Sequence record: LC494302.1
Direction: 5' to 3' (one strand)
Origin: Escherichia phage SP27
DNA length: 64,000 bases
The notes below the pieces were generated by a model. The model was not told the DNA's origin and searched no databases. It saw only the letters and a list, made by a program, of their open reading frames with translations. The position numbers and the translations under genes were made by a program. Shown in pieces: positions 22,984-32,437 of this stretch. Each line of letters begins with the position of its first letter. Position 1 is the first letter of the stretch.

Positions 22984-23403
22984 ATGTTTAGATTTCTTCA
23001 GTACTTAATCATTAAATTTTTTGGCTATTATACGATTGAAGGCAAAGCTACACTCGCACATAGAATCTTTGTAGCATTATGTACGGGTGATTATGACGTA
23101 TTGAATAAGTACTGTAAATCTAAAGCATGTATTGATATAATGGCACTTCGTATCTATGAGTGCCGTTCCAATAGATACAATTTTTACCAATACAGATTTG
23201 ATGAAAAAGAATTTGATAGCATCAAAATGCTTAAGAATTTATGTAACAATAAAAAGAATATGCATATATCAGAATTTGTTGCTTTGTATTTTTATTTAAA
23301 AAGTTCATTGTATATGAACACAATGCAAAGATTCGATACTAGAATTAATGTATTCACCGATAAAGAATTTTATATATACGATAAATTCTTAGATAAGGTT
23401 TAA
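22984..23403 (+). CDS. hypothetical protein
   Basis: 139 aa ORF. Confidence 0.45.
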   Translation: MFRFLQYLIIKFFGYYTIEGKATLAHRIFVALCTGDYDVLNKYCKSKACIDIMALRIYECRSNRYNFYQYRFDEKEFDSIKMLKNLCNNKKNMHISEFVALYFYLKSSLYMNTMQRFDTRINVFTDKEFYIYDKFLDKV

Positions 23404-23404
23404 T

Positions 23405-23902
23405 ATGACAACTGTTTATATTGATAAACGATTAAATTTATTGATTACCGATTCTAGAGTTACGTCAACTATACCACGAAACTTATTTGGTTTTTTCCCA
23501 CTAAGACCAAAATATCAATATGGAGTTGTTAATCAAAAAACTTTATATGTACATGACCGTTTATTCAGTGCTAGTGGGGTAGTAAGTGAAATTGATAAAG
23601 TACTGGATTGGTTAATTAATAAAGTACCAGTTATACCTGACAGAAAGTTAAGTTGCCATTGTGTGCTTCTTTCTAAAGATTATGTTATTCATATGATTTT
23701 AACTAAAGGAAAGTTTATTAAAAAACTTGAATATCTACATGAAGACTACACTTTCTTTATGGGAAGTGGTGGAGAATACATGCTAGATGCTGCTATTCAT
23801 GAAGAACATACAACTTTATATGATAAAGTGTTTAGTACTTTCATGGATGTGCACAACCATGATTGCTTCACAGATGATAATATTAATGTATATCGATTTT
23901 GA
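23405..23902 (+). CDS. hypothetical protein
   Basis: 165 aa, TAATATG-coupled. Confidence 0.5.
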   Translation: MTTVYIDKRLNLLITDSRVTSTIPRNLFGFFPLRPKYQYGVVNQKTLYVHDRLFSASGVVSEIDKVLDWLINKVPVIPDRKLSCHCVLLSKDYVIHMILTKGKFIKKLEYLHEDYTFFMGSGGEYMLDAAIHEEHTTLYDKVFSTFMDVHNHDCFTDDNINVYRF

Positions 23903-23923
23903 TTTCGTCATTAGGAGATGTAA

Positions 23924-24889
23924 GTGAAAAAGCTTGATTTAAATACAATTGCCGAAGAAGTTCTGGATGAATGTTTTGCTAATGAAGAAGTCAACACACT
24001 AGAAGCCTTAGATTTCGTTGAAGATAAAGATGATAATGAAGGTAAAGTACAAAGCAGTTTCAAATATAATATTACACTTAAGCGACCACCAAATGTTTCC
24101 AATGAAGATCTAATTCGTGATATTCAAGCTGGTATCAATGTAAAGAAAAACACTGAACTGTTAGTTCGTTACAATTATGGACTGATTATTGATGTAGCAA
24201 GTAAATGTACTTGTTATATCCCATTTGAAGATAAGATTTCATATGGTGTTGAGGGGTTCATGAGAGCACTAAAAACCTTTGATCTTAATAAGAATGTTAA
24301 GTTCATTACCTATGCTTCTTCTAGTATTTACATGACAGTCTATAACGAAAGTTCTGACGCTAACTATATGGTACACTTCCCACGTTATATGAGTGTTCAT
24401 AAGATCAAAGTAAAAAGATTCTGCCAGGAATATATGCGTAAACATGGTGTTCGCCCAACACCTGAAATAATCTCAGAGGGTACTGGGATTGAGATTCAGC
24501 ATGTTAATAATTGTTTATTATTTCAAAGCGAATACACTTCACTGGATGCACCATTAGACGGTGTTACAGATGGTACATTAGGTGACATTATTCATTCACC
24601 TGCTTCTGATTTTAACCTCAATGTTGATAGTATCCGTGCACCTTTACGTTATGCTATCAATGAACTGACTAACGAATTGAGTACTAAAGAACGTGAGATT
24701 ATCCAGCGTGTTCATGGTCTAGGTGAATATGAACCTGAAACGCTTCGTGAGATTGCTGATAATGGTTTTGTTGATGATAATGGAAAATATGTTAAATCCC
24801 GTTCATCAATACACCGAAAGTACAGTGAAGCTATGCAAAAGCTTAAGAAGTTAGTACTTGCAAAAGGGTACGAATACGAAGATTTCTAA
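23924..24889 (+). CDS. sigma-70-family RNA polymerase sigma factor-like protein
   Basis: GTG start after TAGGAG; region-2-like LLVRYNYGLIIDVASKC...GVEGFMRALKTFDLNKNVKFITYA; region-4-like ELSTKEREIIQRVHGLGEYEPETLREIA. Confidence 0.6.
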   Translation: MKKLDLNTIAEEVLDECFANEEVNTLEALDFVEDKDDNEGKVQSSFKYNITLKRPPNVSNEDLIRDIQAGINVKKNTELLVRYNYGLIIDVASKCTCYIPFEDKISYGVEGFMRALKTFDLNKNVKFITYASSSIYMTVYNESSDANYMVHFPRYMSVHKIKVKRFCQEYMRKHGVRPTPEIISEGTGIEIQHVNNCLLFQSEYTSLDAPLDGVTDGTLGDIIHSPASDFNLNVDSIRAPLRYAINELTNELSTKEREIIQRVHGLGEYEPETLREIADNGFVDDNGKYVKSRSSIHRKYSEAMQKLKKLVLAKGYEYEDF

Positions 24890-24894
24890 AGAAC

Positions 24895-24925
24895 AAGGGT
24901 TGGCTTATGCCAACCTTTTTTTTAT
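24895..24925 (+). terminator. intrinsic terminator
   Basis: GGGTTGGC-ttat-GCCAACC plus T8. Confidence 0.65.
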
Positions 24926-24929
24926 GGGA

Positions 24930-25540
24930 TGAAGTAAAAGTTTGTGATATAATTATCTTGTACAATTCTGTTGGCATGATATTCATGTACCTGATCCACT
25001 CGAAAACGTAGAGGGCAGTTGAGCAGTCCGACAGTGCGAACAGCAAAAGAAACCCGTTAGATGTGGGCATAGTTTGAACCCCTCACGGCAATGCGGCTGT
25101 ATAAAGAACCACGTTAGGATAGCTGGTGGTTCCTTGATAGACATATAAGGATAACACCTTACGAATTATCTAAGGGAGAGTTATCGAATTTTGTACAGGA
25201 AAGTTGCGTCCAAAATTTGAGTACTCACATTAAGTATTTGATTGCATAGATACTTAATGAAGATACACTATGTTTAAAAGTGTAGACCGTCATATGAAAC
25301 TGAAGTAGAGAGAAACAGGATGACCCGCTTTCGCACTCGTTATGAGTAATCTTCAATGCAATAGCTCTGATACCATCAGCGTCAAATTTCCCTCCTTGTG
25401 GGGGGAAGAAAAATCCCTTCCTCAAATCCCGTCAATATTAAAAGTCCTTGACAGTTATTAATCATTCGCGTAGAATACGTAGTATTAGAAGCGAACAGAC
25501 ATCTCGAAGAGATGGATGATTAACCATTAAGGAATATCAA
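24930..25540 (+). ncRNA. ~600-bp non-coding, GC-richer segment; candidate structured RNA
   Basis: No plus-strand ORF of 60 aa or more, local GC clearly above neighbours, ends in promoter TTGACA-17-TAGAAT. Confidence 0.3.
25448..25476 (+). promoter_or_regulatory. sigma70-like promoter
   Basis: TTGACA, 17 bp, TAGAAT. Confidence 0.5.
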
Positions 25541-25750
25541 ATGAATTCAGTAATCTTTTTAGTAGTCGCTTTCTCTGTTAATTCCGGTGTACAAATAACC
25601 CCAATGAATTCCATGAATCAATGCATAGCAGTACGTGATAGTACATACGAACAAGTAAACAAAGATATTTGGATTACAGTTAGTAAAGAACAAATGTGGT
25701 GTTACAATAGTAATACTAACACAAAGCTTATTGTAGGACAAACTCAATGA
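25541..25750 (+). CDS. secreted small protein
   Basis: 69 aa, hydrophobic N-terminus, AAGGAA RBS. Confidence 0.35.
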   Translation: MNSVIFLVVAFSVNSGVQITPMNSMNQCIAVRDSTYEQVNKDIWITVSKEQMWCYNSNTNTKLIVGQTQ

Positions 25751-25977
25751 GTTATGGCGTTCGTTTTGAGATTCGTTCTATTGTCATCAATGCAGAGAAA
25801 CAAGTATCGTTGGATGGTGATATACGTGAAATTTATCTATCATGTATCCGTGCGAAATCTGAAGCAGATGCCTTAGTACAAATGTATAGTTTTAACTTTT
25901 CAAATGGATTCTATTTGGTACGAGTTATTGAAGTGAAAAAAGTACTTATTGGTTGTAGCATAGAAGGATTAATGTAA
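25747..25977 (+). CDS. hypothetical protein
   Basis: 76 aa, ATGA-coupled. Confidence 0.4.
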   Translation: MSYGVRFEIRSIVINAEKQVSLDGDIREIYLSCIRAKSEADALVQMYSFNFSNGFYLVRVIEVKKVLIGCSIEGLM

Positions 25978-25978
25978 A

Positions 25979-26767
25979 ATGAGCACTATAGATGAACTGA
26001 TTCGACGGAATTCAAAATATTACCAACCATCAGAAATTGTAGGTAACATTACCAAATCAGAGTTTGGTCCAAATACTCGAAAACTCATTCATGTAATGTC
26101 ACGTGATGGCTTTAAATGTGATTGTTGCGGTGAATCTAATGTAGTATTCACTTTACACAAGCACAGTACTAAAGATCGTTATAAATTCAGACCTTATGTA
26201 CTTAAAGGGAAACGCCTTGTACGCATGACGTTAGACCATAATGTACTGGACTGTCTTCAGGGCGGTAATGATAAAGAGAACATGACTGCACTGTGTGAAG
26301 ATTGTAACGCATTACGCCAGCATAAGTTTGCTGAATACAGTGAGTTTAAACACTGGTATCATAACGCGGATCGTTCAATCGAGCCTGACGTTAACTACTG
26401 CTTCATTGAGTACATTAAGAATGCCAAAGATACATACATTCTTAAATCAATGTCACCTATTACCGTGTTTCCTGAGAACCTATTCACTACATTAAAGAAT
26501 AGTTTTATTGTAGGTGATATTGATGCATTCAAGTATTTTGACAAAGGTGCAAAACATTTTGAAATTCAATGTCTTAGTACTGCACTATGTGAACTCATTA
26601 AAATTTACATAAAAGAGTATTTGGGTATTGACAATGTACGTGTACCAGAGTATACTTTTTCTATTGAATTCGATTGTGAATCAATCAAAGAGTTTGGAAT
26701 TCTTTTCAATAAACAAATAGAACTTGCAATTCAAAACGAAATCAAGTACTATACTACTAACATTTAA
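25979..26767 (+). CDS. HNH-family endonuclease
   Basis: CDCCGE ... MTLDHNVLDCLQGGNDKENMTALCEDCNALRQHKF: Cys pairs and H-N spacing typical of HNH. Confidence 0.6.
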   Translation: MSTIDELIRRNSKYYQPSEIVGNITKSEFGPNTRKLIHVMSRDGFKCDCCGESNVVFTLHKHSTKDRYKFRPYVLKGKRLVRMTLDHNVLDCLQGGNDKENMTALCEDCNALRQHKFAEYSEFKHWYHNADRSIEPDVNYCFIEYIKNAKDTYILKSMSPITVFPENLFTTLKNSFIVGDIDAFKYFDKGAKHFEIQCLSTALCELIKIYIKEYLGIDNVRVPEYTFSIEFDCESIKEFGILFNKQIELAIQNEIKYYTTNI

Positions 26768-26782
26768 TCAGAGGAAATTATC

Positions 26783-26965
26783 ATGCAAATTATCATTCTT
26801 ATCGTTGGCATCATGCTGGGTGTTTACGGTCACTCCTGGATGAACGAGAAGTTTCCTAATACGCGTCCTGAGTATTGCAGTTCTAATGTATTCCAGAATG
26901 GTGAGAAACCAAAGGAAAGCATTGGTAAAAAGCTGGATAAAGTACTTGATGTGATCAATGAATAA
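26783..26965 (+). CDS. small membrane protein
   Basis: 60 aa, N-terminal TM helix, GAGGAAA RBS. Confidence 0.35.
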   Translation: MQIIILIVGIMLGVYGHSWMNEKFPNTRPEYCSSNVFQNGEKPKESIGKKLDKVLDVINE

Positions 26966-27176
26966 GGGCCATAAAATGTTTAAACCGAATTCCAATGTTG
27001 GTAAGAAAGTTCAATTACTTGAAGATGTATCCACCATGAGTGGAATTTTCCCAAGAGGTCACATCATGACTATTATTGCCGAAACATCCCGTGGGTGGGA
27101 TTTGGAAGATGCTGATGGTAATCGCATCCTTGAGGCTGGATTCTATGGTCATCGTGAATATAAAATCGTTGATTAA
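26958..27176 (+). CDS. hypothetical protein
   Basis: 72 aa ORF. Confidence 0.4.
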   Translation: MNKGHKMFKPNSNVGKKVQLLEDVSTMSGIFPRGHIMTIIAETSRGWDLEDADGNRILEAGFYGHREYKIVD

Positions 27177-27272
27177 GGATACAACATGACTTTAGAGATT
27201 GTCTTTGGTATTGTTAGCTTAGTCGTCTGTGTGGGTTGGTTTGGGTATCTGATGATTTTTAGTGATTAATAC

Positions 27273-27300
27273 TTGACATAAGATATCAGTACTGTATAAT
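27273..27300 (+). promoter_or_regulatory. sigma70-like early promoter with CAGTACTG spacer
   Basis: TTGACA ... tCAGTACTG-TATAAT. Confidence 0.55.
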
Positions 27301-27345
27301 GTTTATATCAAACGAAATCCACTTTAACAAATGATAGGAAATATT

Positions 27346-27624
27346 ATGTCTTTTTCTAAAGAAGAACGTGACCTTATTAAAAAAGCAATTTGGTTTTATG
27401 CTAATGAAGGGAAGTGCGATGAAGAAAAAGCACGTGAACTGTGTAATATTCTTGAGAAGAAACAAGAACTGAAAGTGTATCGTATCCGTGATTTGGATGA
27501 AGGGGATCGTATTGTCCTAGCTGAAACAAAAGAAGAAGCAGAACAAATCTTCACTGATAAAAACGAAAATCCACATTGGATGGAAGAAGTCTGTGATGTT
27601 AAAAAAGGTACTTATATCGATTGA
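27346..27624 (+). CDS. hypothetical protein
   Basis: Start at MSFSKEE after AGGAAA; acidic 92 aa. Confidence 0.4.
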   Translation: MSFSKEERDLIKKAIWFYANEGKCDEEKARELCNILEKKQELKVYRIRDLDEGDRIVLAETKEEAEQIFTDKNENPHWMEEVCDVKKGTYID

Positions 27625-27649
27625 CAGTACTGAATAATAGCAGTATTAT
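27621..27649 (+). promoter_or_regulatory. promoter-like element
   Basis: TTGACAGTACTG ... TATTAT. Confidence 0.35.
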
Positions 27650-27662
27650 GTTTTATATAAAA

Positions 27663-27713
27663 GGGAATGCAGTGAAAGGAAAGACAGCATAATCGTACTC
27701 GTCACTGCGTTCC
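27663..27713 (+). other. long leader hairpin
   Basis: GGGAATGCAGTGA ... TCACTGCGTTCCC, ~13-bp stem, in 5' leader of gene 27744. Confidence 0.35.
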
Positions 27714-27743
27714 CGCCCTTTTAAATTAAATGAGGAATTAACT

Positions 27744-28052
27744 ATGTTTCAAACTAACACTCAAGGTTTTGTAATCATCGATTTGAATCAAAACAGCGGT
27801 TATTGGATGAAACCTACTGACGCATGTATGCAGTTTGATTTTTTAGGTTACAGGATTAGTGTAAGTACTGGTGCTTCTGTACTGAGAGGTGGTTGTATCG
27901 TTGAACATCTGGTAACTGATCCAGAAGGTCGTGAGTATGAAATCGCAGGTTCAGTACAAGATGCCATTATGTTTGTATGTCAGCGTGAAATGAATGGTTC
28001 GAATTCAAATGCACTGACTCATGCTCTTTCTCAAGAAGTGGAGGTTCGTTAA
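27744..28052 (+). CDS. hypothetical protein
   Basis: 102 aa, TGAGGAA RBS. Confidence 0.45.
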   Translation: MFQTNTQGFVIIDLNQNSGYWMKPTDACMQFDFLGYRISVSTGASVLRGGCIVEHLVTDPEGREYEIAGSVQDAIMFVCQREMNGSNSNALTHALSQEVEVR

Positions 28053-28297
28053 TGAAATACATTGTAGCAGTACTCGTCGCATTTCTACTCACTGCATGTG
28101 ATGCTTCTACCAAAGAACGTACAAGTGATTTTGTTCTACCTGCTGAATTAAAAGAAGCAGGGTGTAAGATTTATCGTATGCAACAAGATGGTGCTGGTGC
28201 AACTTTATACACTGTGTACTGTCCTAATGCAAATACAAGTACTGGATACACTAGCGGTAAAACACGAATCAACACTTCCGTAATTCATGGAGAATAA
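28052..28297 (+). CDS. putative lipoprotein
   Basis: Signal peptide with lipobox LLTAC (MKYIVAVLVAFLLTACDAS). Confidence 0.5.
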   Translation: MKYIVAVLVAFLLTACDASTKERTSDFVLPAELKEAGCKIYRMQQDGAGATLYTVYCPNANTSTGYTSGKTRINTSVIHGE

Positions 28298-28299
28298 CA

Positions 28300-28668
28300 A
28301 TGAGCCTTGATACAACACGTGCAGCAGATTTATTAACTCGTCTGAATGATGAAGAATATCTTGCTGAGATAAAGTACAAGCTTGACAAACTTGTTCGAAG
28401 TGCTGAAGTAATTGAAGTTGAAGGTCACTTACCGATGGATCAATACCATAGGTTCAAGGAAGATATGGTTTATTATCCTAATGAAATTTGGATTGAGTGG
28501 CAACATTGGACTAACAAAACTCTTCGCATTGAAGGGTATTGTGTGAAGTATGAAAGTTCACCTGGTGATGTTACAAAAACTCTATCAATTTGGTGTACAA
28601 AAACAAATGAACTCGTTGAGGTGAATTTGAATTATATGAATGGATTCCGTTGGGGTGATGTTAAATGA
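28300..28668 (+). CDS. hypothetical protein
   Basis: 122 aa ORF. Confidence 0.45.
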   Translation: MSLDTTRAADLLTRLNDEEYLAEIKYKLDKLVRSAEVIEVEGHLPMDQYHRFKEDMVYYPNEIWIEWQHWTNKTLRIEGYCVKYESSPGDVTKTLSIWCTKTNELVEVNLNYMNGFRWGDVK

Positions 28669-28940
28669 TTAAAAAACTCTTGACTGGAATCATTGTGTGC
28701 AGTACAATGTTTCTTACAGCATGTAATGATGACGGCAGGTTTAGTGCAAAAGACTTAGTTCGTCAGGATTGTACATTCACAGGTAAGTCTTTTATTAACG
28801 AGTATGAAATATGTACACAATCAGGTCGTATCTGTGGTGGTTGGGAAAAACGTCAGGAGCGATTGTATGTATATGAATGCCCTGGACATCACAACAAAGT
28901 ACTAAGCACACACAAACTTGTTTATGATAAGGTTGAATAA
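28665..28940 (+). CDS. putative lipoprotein
   Basis: MIKKLLTGIIVCSTMFLTACNDD signal plus lipobox. Confidence 0.5.
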   Translation: MIKKLLTGIIVCSTMFLTACNDDGRFSAKDLVRQDCTFTGKSFINEYEICTQSGRICGGWEKRQERLYVYECPGHHNKVLSTHKLVYDKVE

Positions 28941-29155
28941 TGACTACCAATGAAATGATGCAGGTTATTTGGGATAAAGGTTGTGATATTAAAATCACTA
29001 GTACTGATGTTCGTGTATTCAAAACTGAATATATGGAGTACTTGGACCTTGATACTTATAATAATATTGTATCAATTGAACACAAAGGTGCAGTACTGGA
29101 AACCATTGACGTAGTACTCAAGAAAGCTACCGACCTATTAGGAGTGGCAGTGTGA
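28940..29155 (+). CDS. hypothetical protein
   Basis: 71 aa, TAATG-coupled. Confidence 0.4.
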   Translation: MTTNEMMQVIWDKGCDIKITSTDVRVFKTEYMEYLDLDTYNNIVSIEHKGAVLETIDVVLKKATDLLGVAV

Positions 29156-29308
29156 ATAACAAAGAGTGGGAAGATTACCGCAAGAAGTGCAGGGAGTTTG
29201 ATAAAGAACTTACTGGTACAGTGAATGCAGTAATGTGGGTATCTGTAATTATTGCAGTTCTTGCGTTGGGTGCTATTATTATTAATAAATTATTCTAAGG
29301 CGAATATC

Positions 29309-29509
29309 ATGTTTACTTTATATCTCGCAGTAGTTCTCACCAATGGTGAAATCACTCGTACTATTGGTGAAGGTGTATATAAAACACCAGACCAGTGCTA
29401 CTCTGCCACTCATTGGCCTCGCGATAGTGGGGATGAAACTCGCACTGAATTCAAATGCATGAAAGTAAAAGGTGATTTTGTTAACCTTAAGGTTATCGAG
29501 GCGAAATAA
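29309..29509 (+). CDS. secreted small protein
   Basis: Start at MFTLYLAVVL; 66 aa. Confidence 0.4.
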   Translation: MFTLYLAVVLTNGEITRTIGEGVYKTPDQCYSATHWPRDSGDETRTEFKCMKVKGDFVNLKVIEAK

Positions 29510-30027
29510 TGGATATTAATGAGTTGTTGAAATTAGTGTTTAATCGTGAACGCCGCGATACAAGACCAATTGAATATCAAGATGTGATACGCATTGAAAC
29601 TGATTTCTGTTATGGTAAAACAACTCATGACCTTTTGAATCTCTCTGGAAAACGCTATGCTGATGTTTGTTTTTCAGAGAGAAGTGATGGTTCAGAAATA
29701 ACGAGTACTGATATTGTTTGTTACGCACGCAGTGCTGATAAATCTTATGAAATAGAACTTATATATTCCCCTAGTTCTAAAACAAATCATCACCGCCATA
29801 TTTTATATGATGTTTATACACCACCTGGTATTGCTGAATATTTTGTTATTGATTATAGTACTGAAGAAAATGTGTTTCAACAAAGTTTGATTCATAACTT
29901 TGAGGTGAATGATCCATTAGTACCAAAGTTGTTCAAACTACTTGACACCATAGATGTTGATTTTGAATTTGTTATGTGCATTAGAACTTCTTTATTCAAT
30001 GAATTCATGGAACTTTTTAATATATGA
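29509..30027 (+). CDS. hypothetical protein, FQxST-like family
   Basis: 172 aa; TEENVFQQSLIHNFEV near C-terminus. Confidence 0.5.
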   Translation: MDINELLKLVFNRERRDTRPIEYQDVIRIETDFCYGKTTHDLLNLSGKRYADVCFSERSDGSEITSTDIVCYARSADKSYEIELIYSPSSKTNHHRHILYDVYTPPGIAEYFVIDYSTEENVFQQSLIHNFEVNDPLVPKLFKLLDTIDVDFEFVMCIRTSLFNEFMELFNI

Positions 30028-30245
30028 ATAGATACTATGTTGTGTATGAACACGTCTCTGAATTTAATAACATACGCGGGTTTTCCAGAGTAGTCACCAA
30101 GATGGATGTATTCATTCGTGCTCTTAGTGAAGTAGATGCACTGTTTAAATTGTTTGATGAAATTACAAAGTATAACACACCTAAAACACACCGCTATGTG
30201 GAAACTGTACATAGCATTATGCTAACTGAAAGTGATGAGGAATGA
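30024..30245 (+). CDS. hypothetical protein
   Basis: 73 aa, ATGA-coupled. Confidence 0.4.
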   Translation: MNRYYVVYEHVSEFNNIRGFSRVVTKMDVFIRALSEVDALFKLFDEITKYNTPKTHRYVETVHSIMLTESDEE

Positions 30246-30248
30246 TAA

Positions 30249-30467
30249 ATGAATTTATATCTAGTTGAAGGTTTAGTACAAGTCTATAAACCAGAAGGTG
30301 AAGGTCAACGTTTTTCACACGTAGAAGAATTTAAGTACGTTGTACAGGCTGATGGTCAGTACGATGCGGAAATTCAAGTAGATGAATCATTCCGTAAGAA
30401 AAATGAAATTGGTAAATTTCAATACCAGAACTTACAATATAAAGTATGGCCTAGTATAAATGACTAA
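30249..30467 (+). CDS. hypothetical protein
   Basis: 72 aa. Confidence 0.4.
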   Translation: MNLYLVEGLVQVYKPEGEGQRFSHVEEFKYVVQADGQYDAEIQVDESFRKKNEIGKFQYQNLQYKVWPSIND

Positions 30468-30675
30468 GATGTGGTGGTGTCATGGTGTATATAACGTGTA
30501 TGTAAATGGTAGATATAAAATGTCTAGTACCTATGCAAGACGTGTTAATGCGAACAACCAAGTTGATGCTGCTTGTGAGATCATTGAGTGGTATGCTGAG
30601 TTCAATGCACCTGACTATATGTACGAAATAGTTACAATAAATGTTGTACAAATCGATACATCTTTGATACAATAA
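30460..30675 (+). CDS. hypothetical protein
   Basis: 71 aa, overlaps upstream end. Confidence 0.35.
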   Translation: MTKMWWCHGVYNVYVNGRYKMSSTYARRVNANNQVDAACEIIEWYAEFNAPDYMYEIVTINVVQIDTSLIQ

Positions 30676-30708
30676 CCACATCAAAAAAAATTGCATCTGA
30701 GGATACTT

Positions 30709-31371
30709 ATGTTAGTTAATCTTAATTTCATCACTTCACCTGACTGGGCATTACGTGGAGTTTCTTTAAACTTCAAGGAAACTATGTTTGACTACATTGG
30801 TGAGTGTACATTGGTAAATGCAACTTTTGATCCAAATCATCCGTTTTGGGCTGAAATTCATGATCCAAATGTAAACAACAATACATCTGTTATGACTATT
30901 GTCCAGACTAAACATGCAGGTATCCTTGCAGGTTATCGACCTGCACATGCAATTGAACACTTCACTGATTACGATGTCGTGGATGAATACCCAATGATCC
31001 ATGAAGATGGAAGTCTATACACATCTGAAGACTTCCGTGCTATCTTTAATAGTACTGATGATATTCTACCAAGTGGACGTCCACGTCCTGAGTCTTATCT
31101 TATGCATCCATCTTATGGTGTAGCAGATACGCTTGAACAGATTATGAATAAGTACAAGAACCTAATTGAAGGTCCAGAAGAAATTGTCCTGTGCTATCAC
31201 CCAGTACTGAAGTCTGAACAACCAAAGGATGGTGGATGGCGTTGGCATAAGAATGGTGAGTATATCGGTACTAAACGAAGTAAAGAACGTTTTGAGTACT
31301 TGTGTGATGAGCCAGATGTTGATGTGGTTTTGTGTTATAATTTTATTAAGGTGAAAAAGAAATGTATCTAG
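30709..31371 (+). CDS. hypothetical protein
   Basis: Start at MLVNLNF after GAGGATA RBS; 220 aa. Confidence 0.5.
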   Translation: MLVNLNFITSPDWALRGVSLNFKETMFDYIGECTLVNATFDPNHPFWAEIHDPNVNNNTSVMTIVQTKHAGILAGYRPAHAIEHFTDYDVVDEYPMIHEDGSLYTSEDFRAIFNSTDDILPSGRPRPESYLMHPSYGVADTLEQIMNKYKNLIEGPEEIVLCYHPVLKSEQPKDGGWRWHKNGEYIGTKRSKERFEYLCDEPDVDVVLCYNFIKVKKKCI

Positions 31372-31604
31372 TACTAAGTTTTGTTGTTGCACTATTGTTT
31401 ATGTTCTATCCTACACTAGTGGCATTAGCCACTAGACGAACGATGGTAGATCTCACTACTGTATTCTTGCTAAACGTGGCATTAGTACTGGTGTCTATTA
31501 TCATTCCAGTGAGCTTTACAGTTATTGATATTATTTCGGTATTACTCTTCGTGTTAAGTTATCTTATGCTTATTGAAGAAACAAATGTTGACAAACGTTC
31601 GTAG
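31362..31604 (+). CDS. small membrane protein
   Basis: 80 aa, two TM helices. Confidence 0.4.
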   Translation: MYLVLSFVVALLFMFYPTLVALATRRTMVDLTTVFLLNVALVLVSIIIPVSFTVIDIISVLLFVLSYLMLIEETNVDKRS

Positions 31605-31615
31605 TACTGTATAAT
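31588..31615 (+). promoter_or_regulatory. sigma70-like early promoter
   Basis: TTGACA ... GTAGTACTG-TATAAT. Confidence 0.5.
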
Positions 31616-31661
31616 GGTTCCTGTAGTCTGAAACTTAACACTTAAACTTGAGGTAAAAAAT

Positions 31662-31988
31662 ATGCTATCAGTACTAATTTCAATTCCGTCTTTAATTCTG
31701 ATTTGGCTTCTGGTTTACGAATGCTTTATTACTGATGATAATGATAAAAAAGAGTTCTCTGAGTTGTTTATGCTTGATTCGCCGATTGTGCGTATTTTCT
31801 ATACAGTCGTTGTGGTTTCAGTAATTGTATGGGTTTTGAGTTTTATCTTCCCACTCGGTGCAGTAGTTAAAACTTTGGATTTAGTTGAGAACTTTGTTGC
31901 AATTATGTGGCTAATCAAAGCACTATTTGCAGGAAATGTTAAAATTTGGATTGATATTATCAAATTCAAGTTCACGAATAAGATGTAA
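31662..31988 (+). CDS. multi-TM membrane protein
   Basis: 108 aa hydrophobic, TGAGGTAAA RBS. Confidence 0.45.
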   Translation: MLSVLISIPSLILIWLLVYECFITDDNDKKEFSELFMLDSPIVRIFYTVVVVSVIVWVLSFIFPLGAVVKTLDLVENFVAIMWLIKALFAGNVKIWIDIIKFKFTNKM

Positions 31989-32066
31989 CAGTGAAAATAT
32001 CTCTATAGTATTAAATACTTCTGTACATATATATAGTACAGAAGTATTTCTCGTTAGAGGTTTGTT

Positions 32067-32426
32067 ATGAAGAGTTATATAAAATTAATAGCACTTGTGT
32101 GTGCATTATTTTCATGTTTTAGTTATGGTGCAGCAGCAGAAACATATTGTCGTAGTACTAAGGGAACGTGGCATGTATTGACTAACGACCCTAGAAATGG
32201 TAAAAATATAGTTGTTGATGGTGTGATTTATCGTTTTAAAGTAGAAAGTATTATCGGTAATAAAAAAATCTCGACTTATAGAGATGATTCTGGTACATTA
32301 GCAAACGTAATATTAATTGTAGACCCAAGAACTGGTAATGGTGATATCTATATAGTAATTTACTTGGACTCATCGGTACGCCGTGACCTAGATATAGATA
32401 AATTGAACTTACACTGTGAAATATAG
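32067..32426 (+). CDS. secreted protein (paralog of 32818)
   Basis: Signal peptide MKSYIKLIALVCALFSCFSYGAAAE; AGAGG RBS. Confidence 0.5.
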   Translation: MKSYIKLIALVCALFSCFSYGAAAETYCRSTKGTWHVLTNDPRNGKNIVVDGVIYRFKVESIIGNKKISTYRDDSGTLANVILIVDPRTGNGDIYIVIYLDSSVRRDLDIDKLNLHCEI

Positions 32427-32437
32427 GACTTAAAAAA

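Noticed and set aside
25225-25425. 66-aa minus-strand ORF in the 600-bp non-coding island
   Set aside because: No RBS or promoter in the right orientation; region better explained as non-coding.
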